Shown one piece after another: positions 56,971-64,000 of a stretch of 64,000 bases of DNA. The translations under genes and the position numbers were made by a program. The notes below the pieces were generated by a model. It made no database searches. It saw only the letters and a program-made list of their open reading frames with translations, and was not told the DNA's origin. Numbering within the stretch: position 1 is the stretch's first letter; each line of letters starts with the position of its first letter. Source of the stretch: a virus; the IMG/VR virus record IMGVR_UViG_3300025137_000017, positions 1 to 64,000 of that record; one strand, 5' to 3'.

Positions 56971-58235
56971 TGGCAATTTCAGACGGCCAAAAACTTGACT
57001 TTGTATGGAAAAAATTAGGTTATGGTGCAGCCAAAACTGATTTAAACAGTAATAAACTAGCGGCCAACGAAGCCATTGTTAGTCCGCTATTACTCAGAGG
57101 AGATAAGATCCTAACAGATGCTGGCAGTATTCCAGCAGTTATTCCAGGATCAAGTACTAGTGCAGTTACAGTTTATTCTACTCCGGTTGAGTGTACAAAT
57201 GATGTAACAGCGTCAGCAAATAGAACATGGAAAACAGACCTAACAGATTGGATTACCCCAGAATTTGGTTCAACATATCTAGTTAAAGTATACATCCATA
57301 CGGCAGGAGATGCGGCCGGAGCCTCCGGTATTAGCAGACAGGTGTTTGTTACTGGTAGTGGTAATAATGACGAATGGTTCTTTGATTACCAAGCGGGTGT
57401 GTTAAACTTTATCGGTGATAATTTACCTAATGGAAAAACTTTTACTGGAAATAGCGTTTATATTTCAGGTGCTAGATATGTAGGAACATTTGGATTAAGT
57501 GCTTCTGCAAGTCAAGGTTTAACAATAGCAGAAGTAAATGACAGTCCAAACGTTAATGTTGGAAATGCTTCTCAAATTAGATTTAATACTACAAACGGTT
57601 TTGAATTAACGGACGAAGGATCAGGATCTGTACTAGTTGAATATACAGCAGGTGCAACTAGCCTTACTGATTTAAGTATCACAGACGGAACAGCAGGACA
57701 AGTACTTAGTACTGATGGTAATGAAAACTACTCATTCCAAGATTCTATTTTAACTGGAACTGTTCCAACAGGAGAGGTTTTTAATCCAGCCTCCAATCAA
57801 ACTGCATTTACACTTGCAACAACTCCTGCAAACGAAGAAGCTATTGATGTATATGTTGATGGTGTTATACAAGTACCTGGAGCAAGTGAAAACTTTTCAG
57901 TTTCAACTAATACATTAACATTCACTTCAGCAGTACAGTCAGGCAGTGAAGTATTTGTTAAACACAGAACACCACATGCAACTGTGGCGGCTGTCAACGC
58001 AAATTCAATTACAAACAATAATCTAAACTTAACTTATACAAGTCATGAATTTACTGGAGACGGCACAACAACTGACTATACAATACAAGCAGAACATTCA
58101 GTACATAGTGTCCTTGTTTTTGTTGCTGGACTTTTGGTATCAACTTCCACTTACACAATTTCAGGAAGTACATTAACATTTACTACTGCTCCAACTGTTG
58201 GACAGGACATATTCTTTAGGTATATGCCAGTATAA
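56970..58235 (+). CDS. virion structural protein
   Basis: WFFDYQAGVLNF domain and two C-terminal beta modules (V.V.G...TLTF). Confidence 0.7.
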   Translation: MAISDGQKLDFVWKKLGYGAAKTDLNSNKLAANEAIVSPLLLRGDKILTDAGSIPAVIPGSSTSAVTVYSTPVECTNDVTASANRTWKTDLTDWITPEFGSTYLVKVYIHTAGDAAGASGISRQVFVTGSGNNDEWFFDYQAGVLNFIGDNLPNGKTFTGNSVYISGARYVGTFGLSASASQGLTIAEVNDSPNVNVGNASQIRFNTTNGFELTDEGSGSVLVEYTAGATSLTDLSITDGTAGQVLSTDGNENYSFQDSILTGTVPTGEVFNPASNQTAFTLATTPANEEAIDVYVDGVIQVPGASENFSVSTNTLTFTSAVQSGSEVFVKHRTPHATVAAVNANSITNNNLNLTYTSHEFTGDGTTTDYTIQAEHSVHSVLVFVAGLLVSTSTYTISGSTLTFTTAPTVGQDIFFRYMPV

Positions 58236-58304
58236 AGTTACCCTAACAGTTATGTAGATCTCTATCTCATTTAAAAACAGACTACTTAACTCCTTTCACA
58301 ATTA

Positions 58305-58380
58305 TATAAATATTACTAGGAATAGCTCTAGCCAGCTATTACCTCGCCTTTGTCCTGAGGACAAAGGATCATTATAATGA
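58305..58380 (+). promoter_or_regulatory. late promoter TATAAATA followed by a structured 5' leader
   Basis: TATAAATA 58305-58312; stems AATAGCT/AGCTATT (58321-58340) and CCTTTGTCC/GGACAAAGG (58347-58367). Confidence 0.7.
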
Positions 58381-58395
58381 ATGGGGAATTTAAAC

Positions 58396-61300
58396 ATGGC
58401 TTTTAGACAAATTAAAACTCCCGCTCTCGCGAATCTGGCAGTAACAAATGTCAAGTTAGATGTAACGTCGATAACCGGTCAAACGGCGTTGAGTACAATA
58501 TCTAGCAAGGCAAACGATGTTATTATGATTTTCGATAGTGCGAATTCTGCCTTAAAGAAGATATCTATTACAGACTTGATTACAACAAGTTTGACAACAA
58601 CAGATCTTCCAGAAGGTTCTAACAAGTACTTTACAACAGGCAGAGTAGATACACAAATCGATGCATACCTTACAGGTGGCACAGGTGTTGGTGTATCTTC
58701 AGGCGAAATTAGTATTGGACAAGCAGTAGCAACAAGTGATTCAGTTGAATTTGCTGGTATTACAGGACCTTTAACAGGTAATGTAACTGGTAATATTGAC
58801 GGTATCGTTGGTGGTAACACACCGGCTGCTGGTACATTTACAACAATTAACACATCAAGTAATGTGGTAGTTGGCGGAAACTTGACAGTTTCAGGAACAA
58901 CAACAACTGTTAGCTCAAATGAAGTTAACATTGGTGATGCTATCCTACTACTGAATAGTGACGAAACAGGGTCAGCGTCAGAGAACGCTGGTATCGAAAT
59001 TGAGCGTGGAACAGATGTAAATAAGACTTTAATCTGGAACGAAACTACTGACAAATGGACAGTTGGTGCAGAAACTTTTGTAGCAGGTGCATTTGAAGGA
59101 GACCTTACAGGTGATGTAACAGGTGACGTAACTGGTGATTTAACTGGTGACGTAACAGGTAATATTACTTCAGCAGGTGCTTCAGTATTCAGTGGTACAA
59201 TCAACCTAAACGGTGCGGTTGTTTCTAATGCGGCATTTGATCTTACTGGTGATATCACTGGTAACATTGCTTCTGCAGGATCAAGTTCATTTGCAACTGT
59301 TGATATCAATGGCGGTGCTATTGACGGAACTACAATTGGATCCACCACACCTTCAACTGGTGCTTTCACTACAATAACTTCAACTCTTGGTTATACTGGT
59401 GCAGTAACTGGTGACTTAACTGGTGACATCTACTCAAATGATGGCGCAGTCAAGGTTCTTGACAACGGTACAGACGGTACTGATGCTACAGCGATTATGG
59501 ATGTTACAGGTGACCTAACAGGTAATGCCTCAACAGCCACAACATTGGCAACTGCAAGAAACTTTAGTGCTACAGGTGACATAACAGCCGCCGCAGTATC
59601 ATTTAACGGTTCTAGTAACGTTGCTCTATCAACTGCATTGGCAGCTTCTGGCGTAACAGCTGGTACTTATGGTAGTTCTTCAGAAATTCCTGTACTTACA
59701 GTGGATGCTAAAGGACGTATTACAGCGGCTACAGTAGCAGCTTCAGGTGCAACATTAACAATTGGTGATGGTGCGTCAACTGATGATGTTATCGTTGGTA
59801 CAGATACACTAGCTTTTGTTGGTAGTACAGGCGTAACTTCAGCAGTTACTAACAATACAGTAACACTAAGTATTGGACAAGATGTTGGTACTTCTTCAGA
59901 CGTAGAGTTTGGTGGAATTACTGGTTCATCTCTTACAGATGGTGTTGCTACACTTAATGGTAGTGGTGCTTTAGCTGGAGTAACAACATTTACTTCAACT
60001 GGTAACGTTAACATCAATAATACTTTTACTATAAACGCAACAACAGGTATGGCTTCCGGTAATTTAACTGGTGACGTAACTGGTAATGCAGATACGGCGA
60101 CTTCACTTGAAACAGCTCGTGCATTAAGTTTAACAGGTGACGCTACGGCTTCCCTAGCAGGCTTTGATGGTTCAGCTGATGTTTCTGCAACATTAACTCT
60201 TGCGGCTACAGGTGTGGCAGCAGGTTCAACTGGTAGTGCAACACAAATTCCAGTAGTTACTGTTGATTCAAAAGGTCGTGTAACAGGAATGAGTACAGCA
60301 TCTCCGGCAGTCAGTATTGACTATGCAGGTGATACAGGTACTGATGCCCTTATTACAAATACTGAAACACTAACATTTAGTGGTGGTACAGGTCTTACTT
60401 CAGCCGTAACGGCGAACCAAGTAGAATTTCTATTGGCAGATACAGCCGTTACAGCGGCAACTTACGGTACTTCAAGTGCAGTAGGAACATTTGCCGTTGA
60501 TGCTCAGGGTCGTATTACAGGTGCAAGTGAAACTGATATTGCTATTAGTACATCGATTGCTGGTGACTCTGGAACTGAGAGTATTGCTCTTGGAACAGAT
60601 ACCCTAACAATTGCTGGTGGAACAGGACTAACATCTACAGCGGCTAGTGACACAGTTACTATTGCTCTAGATAATACAGCCGTAACTCCAGGTACAGTTG
60701 GTAGTGCAACAGAGATTCCAGTTATTACAATTGACCAACAAGGTCGTATTACTGGTACAACTGTAGCGACAACAAGCACTTCACAGACAATTGCTGGTGA
60801 CTCAGGAACTGACCAAGTTGTTAGTTTCACAGACACACTAACATTTGAAGGTGGAACAGGTGTAACAACAACTGTAACAGATAACAAGGCAAGTTTTGCT
60901 ATTGGACAGGCTGTTGCAACTTCAGACAACGTAACATTTAACAATGTAAACGTTTCTGGTACACTAACATCAGATGACTTAACATCAACTGATATTACAG
61001 TGGCTGGTAACGCAACAGTTAGTGGAAACCTAACAGTTAACGGTACAACAACTTCTGTAAATTCAACAACAGTACAGATTGACGATCCAATCTTTACACT
61101 AGGTGATAGTGGAATTTCCGCAGACGACAACAAAGACCGCGGTATTGAATTCCATTGGCATAATGGTACAGCAGCGAAAACTGGATTCTTCGGATATGAT
61201 GATTCAGCTTCTAAGTTTGTATTCTACAATGACGCAACTAACACTGGCGAAACTTTTGCTGGTACGGCTGCTGATGCAGAATTTGGTGACTTAGTTGTAA

Positions 61301-64000
61301 CTAGTGTAACTTCAAGTAGTGACTTTGTCGGTGACTTAACAGGTAATGTAACTGGTAACGTAACTGGTGACTTAACTGGTGATGTGACTGGTGATGTGAC
61401 TGGTGATGTAACTGGTGATCTAACTGGTAATGCCGATACAGCAACAGCTCTAGCAACAGGTAGAACAATTGCAATTACTGGTGATGCAACATACACTTCA
61501 GGAGCATTTGATGGTTCTGCTGGCGTAACTGGTGCAATGACTTTATCAGCAAGTGGTGTAACTGCAAGTACATATGGTTCAGGAACAACAATTCCTGCTA
61601 TCACAGTAGATGCAAAAGGTCGCATTACAGCCGCAACTTCAGAAACATTTGCAGTAACACAAGCAATTGCTGGTGACTCTGGAAGTGATAATGTTGGACT
61701 AGGTAGTGATACCCTAACATTTGAAGGTGGAACTGGTGTTACAACAACAGTATCTGATAACAAGGCAAGTTTTGCTATTGGACAAGCAGTCGCAACTACA
61801 GACAGCGTAACATTTGGTGACGTAACAACAACTAACGGTATTGCCATTGGCGGTGCTCTAGGAGTAACTGGTGAATCAACATTAGCAAGTGCTATTATTA
61901 GTGATTTAACAGCAACTCGTGTTGTATTTGCTGGTACAGATGGTGCAATTGAAGATAGTGCAAACCTAACATTTAGTGGTTCTCTACTAGATATTACTGG
62001 TGATGCTACTGCTTCAGGAACTATCACAGGTGGAACACTAACTGACGGAGCGGCAAGCTTCACAAGTGGTGCTCTAACAGGTGCAACCACTGGTGCATTT
62101 AGTAGTAACGTAACAATCGGCGGAACAGCAGGTATTACAGGACTAACAACAATGTCAACAGCGGCAGTAACAAGTACAAGTACATTTACTGGTGCAATTA
62201 CAGCCAATGGTGGATTAGTTGGAGACGTAACTGGTGATATTACTGGTACAGTTTCAGACATTAGTAATCATAACTTAAACGGACTAGGCGATGTAACAAT
62301 TTCTAGTGCGGCAAACGGTCAAGTTCTACAATGGAACGGATCTGCTTGGGTTAATGCTACTAAGTTCTTTGCACTAACATCTTTAACAGATGTTGGCGAT
62401 AGTTCACTAACAGGTAAAGGCGATTATCTACTACAAGTTAAAGCAGATGCAAGTGGATTTGAATTAGTTGATCCATCAACTGTATCATTTAGTTCGCAAA
62501 ATCGTGTCACAATAAACGGTGATGGTGTTGCAACTACATTTAACTTAGGATTTACTCCAAACTCAGCAACAATGGTGTTTGTGGGCGGTGTTATCCAGGA
62601 TCCAAGTACACACTATACTATCGATACAGATAATGATCAGATTACTTTAGGCTCAGTAATGCCAACAGGTACATCAGCGGTTATTATGAGTACTGAAAGT
62701 AGTGCGGTACCATATGTTCCAACAAATGGTGTTGGTACAACTGAAATCCAGGACGATGCAATCACATCAGCAAAAATTGCCGATGGTAATGTTACTAGTG
62801 CTAAATTGGATACCAACATTGCTATTGCAGGTAACTTAACTGTTGCCGGTGATGCAACAATTAGTGGTAACCTAACATTTGGTGATGCGGCAACTGACAC
62901 AGTTAGTTTTGGAGCCGATATCGCAAGTGATATTCTTCCAAATGCAAACAACACACTTGATTTAGGTGCTAGTGGTATAGCGTTTGCTGAAGTACACGCT
63001 ACTAACTTTTACGGAATCCATAACGGTAACGTAACAGGTAATGTAACTGGTGATATTACAGGTGATGTAACTGGTAACGTAACTTCTGCAGGAACAAGTG
63101 ATTTCTCAGGAACTGTAGACTTTACAGGCGCAACTATTACTGGACTATCAACTACACTAACAGGTAACTTAACTGGTAACGTAACAGGTAATGTAACTGG
63201 TGATTTAACTGGTGATGTTACAGGTGATGTAACTGGTAACGTAACTGGTGATTTAACTGGTGCTTCAGCTGGTGCACATAACGGTACAATTGGTGCAACA
63301 ACTCCAACAACTATCGTTGGTACAACAATCGGTGGTACAGTTATTACAGCAAGTACAAACTTTGCAGGTGATATTACTGGTGATGTAACTGGTAACGTAA
63401 CTGGTAATGTAACTGGTAACGTAACAGGTAACTTAACTGGCGATGTAACTGGTGATGTAACTGGTGACTTGACAGGTAATAGTGCTGGTACACATACTGG
63501 TGCTTCTGTTGGTGCTCACACTGGTGCAGTAGACGGCATCTTGGGTGGTAACACTCCGGCGGCAGCTACAGTAACAACAATGACAGCAAGTAGTGACGTA
63601 ATTGTACAAGGTAACTTTACAGTTTCAGGAACTACAACCACAGTTAACTCAAATGATGTTAACATTGCAGACTCAACACTAACACTTAATAGTGATGAAG
63701 CTGGAACTCCTTCACAGGATGCGGGTATTGTTATTGAACGTGGTACAGCGGCAAATGTTAGTTTCTTATGGGACGAAACAGGTGACCAATGGACTACAGG
63801 TACAGAAGCAATTAAATCTGGACACCTATTACCAGCAGCAGATGATACTTATGACCTAGGTGCAGACGGAAACGTTTGGAGAGACTTATATCTAAGTGGA
63901 AGTACAATCAAACTTGGTGGTGCAACTCTTAGTGCTAGTGGATCTAACCTAAGTATGGGATCTGGATCCTTTGATCTAAGTAACAGTACAACTGCCAACT
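58396..64000 (+). CDS. giant repeat-rich tail fibre / adhesin-like protein, partial (>1860 aa; not in the ORF track)
   Basis: ATG 58396 after a GGGGA RBS, reading MAFRQIKTPALANLAVT...; frame open to the window end; G-[DN]-[VL]-T tracts and DxxGRIT modules. Confidence 0.88.
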   Translation, partial: MAFRQIKTPALANLAVTNVKLDVTSITGQTALSTISSKANDVIMIFDSANSALKKISITDLITTSLTTTDLPEGSNKYFTTGRVDTQIDAYLTGGTGVGVSSGEISIGQAVATSDSVEFAGITGPLTGNVTGNIDGIVGGNTPAAGTFTTINTSSNVVVGGNLTVSGTTTTVSSNEVNIGDAILLLNSDETGSASENAGIEIERGTDVNKTLIWNETTDKWTVGAETFVAGAFEGDLTGDVTGDVTGDLTGDVTGNITSAGASVFSGTINLNGAVVSNAAFDLTGDITGNIASAGSSSFATVDINGGAIDGTTIGSTTPSTGAFTTITSTLGYTGAVTGDLTGDIYSNDGAVKVLDNGTDGTDATAIMDVTGDLTGNASTATTLATARNFSATGDITAAAVSFNGSSNVALSTALAASGVTAGTYGSSSEIPVLTVDAKGRITAATVAASGATLTIGDGASTDDVIVGTDTLAFVGSTGVTSAVTNNTVTLSIGQDVGTSSDVEFGGITGSSLTDGVATLNGSGALAGVTTFTSTGNVNINNTFTINATTGMASGNLTGDVTGNADTATSLETARALSLTGDATASLAGFDGSADVSATLTLAATGVAAGSTGSATQIPVVTVDSKGRVTGMSTASPAVSIDYAGDTGTDALITNTETLTFSGGTGLTSAVTANQVEFLLADTAVTAATYGTSSAVGTFAVDAQGRITGASETDIAISTSIAGDSGTESIALGTDTLTIAGGTGLTSTAASDTVTIALDNTAVTPGTVGSATEIPVITIDQQGRITGTTVATTSTSQTIAGDSGTDQVVSFTDTLTFEGGTGVTTTVTDNKASFAIGQAVATSDNVTFNNVNVSGTLTSDDLTSTDITVAGNATVSGNLTVNGTTTSVNSTTVQIDDPIFTLGDSGISADDNKDRGIEFHWHNGTAAKTGFFGYDDSASKFVFYNDATNTGETFAGTAADAEFGDLVVTSVTSSSDFVGDLTGNVTGNVTGDLTGDVTGDVTGDVTGDLTGNADTATALATGRTIAITGDATYTSGAFDGSAGVTGAMTLSASGVTASTYGSGTTIPAITVDAKGRITAATSETFAVTQAIAGDSGSDNVGLGSDTLTFEGGTGVTTTVSDNKASFAIGQAVATTDSVTFGDVTTTNGIAIGGALGVTGESTLASAIISDLTATRVVFAGTDGAIEDSANLTFSGSLLDITGDATASGTITGGTLTDGAASFTSGALTGATTGAFSSNVTIGGTAGITGLTTMSTAAVTSTSTFTGAITANGGLVGDVTGDITGTVSDISNHNLNGLGDVTISSAANGQVLQWNGSAWVNATKFFALTSLTDVGDSSLTGKGDYLLQVKADASGFELVDPSTVSFSSQNRVTINGDGVATTFNLGFTPNSATMVFVGGVIQDPSTHYTIDTDNDQITLGSVMPTGTSAVIMSTESSAVPYVPTNGVGTTEIQDDAITSAKIADGNVTSAKLDTNIAIAGNLTVAGDATISGNLTFGDAATDTVSFGADIASDILPNANNTLDLGASGIAFAEVHATNFYGIHNGNVTGNVTGDITGDVTGNVTSAGTSDFSGTVDFTGATITGLSTTLTGNLTGNVTGNVTGDLTGDVTGDVTGNVTGDLTGASAGAHNGTIGATTPTTIVGTTIGGTVITASTNFAGDITGDVTGNVTGNVTGNVTGNLTGDVTGDVTGDLTGNSAGTHTGASVGAHTGAVDGILGGNTPAAATVTTMTASSDVIVQGNFTVSGTTTTVNSNDVNIADSTLTLNSDEAGTPSQDAGIVIERGTAANVSFLWDETGDQWTTGTEAIKSGHLLPAADDTYDLGADGNVWRDLYLSGSTIKLGGATLSASGSNLSMGSGSFDLSNSTTAN
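59098..63480 (+). repeat. clusters of 12-bp tandem repeats encoding G[DN][VLI]T
   Basis: GGTGATGTAACT-like units at about 59098-59169, 61330-61430, 63025-63085, 63160-63260 and 63367-63480. Confidence 0.85.

Noticed and set aside
60835-61815. 105-nt near-duplicate as a DGR template/variable repeat pair
   Set aside because: Differences are mostly at synonymous positions and not restricted to adenines, both copies are coding, and no reverse transcriptase is visible.
58479-62954. Several long minus-strand ORFs (296, 209 and 345 aa, among others)
   Set aside because: Antisense shadows of the repetitive plus-strand fibre gene, which has the promoter, RBS and recognisable motifs.
59098-63480. 12-bp repeat clusters as a CRISPR-like array
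   Set aside because: They are in-frame degenerate coding repeats with no unique spacers and no cas genes.
1-64000. Alternative genetic code (stop-codon reassignment), as seen in some large phages
   Set aside because: Core genes are full length in the standard code, and TAA, TAG and TGA all serve as stops at tight gene junctions.

Overview
AT-rich segment of a large T4-related (distant, probably jumbo-type) myophage genome. No host genes, tRNAs, rRNAs, CRISPR arrays or IS elements were recognised. From left to right: (1) a minus-strand accessory enzyme cluster (2OG-Fe(II) oxygenases, methyltransferase, desaturase, sugar kinase/nucleotidyltransferase, several glycosyltransferase-like genes, thyX; 1-11.5 kb); (2) a minus-strand baseplate/tail module (a 3655-aa wedge-like protein and gp6-, gp25-, gp5-, gp53-, gp48/54-like genes; 11.6-35.5 kb); (3) a sigma70-driven plus-strand unit with a gp55-like late sigma factor, gp47/gp46 (Mre11/Rad50-like), two oxygenase-like genes and a short GIY-YIG nuclease, followed by a ~330-nt densely base-paired non-coding region; (4) a gp26/gp51-like pair joined by a candidate -1 frameshift, and two paralogous tape-measure-like genes; (5) the head module (portal, core, protease, scaffold, major capsid); (6) virion/fibre genes, including a >1860-aa repeat-rich ORF that runs off the window and is missing from the ORF track. 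T4-like late promoters (TAAATA core) recur throughout. The best candidate for an undescribed system is the GIY-YIG gene with its adjacent structured RNA (40453-41360). All product calls come from motif recognition and gene order by eye; no database searches or folding programs were run.
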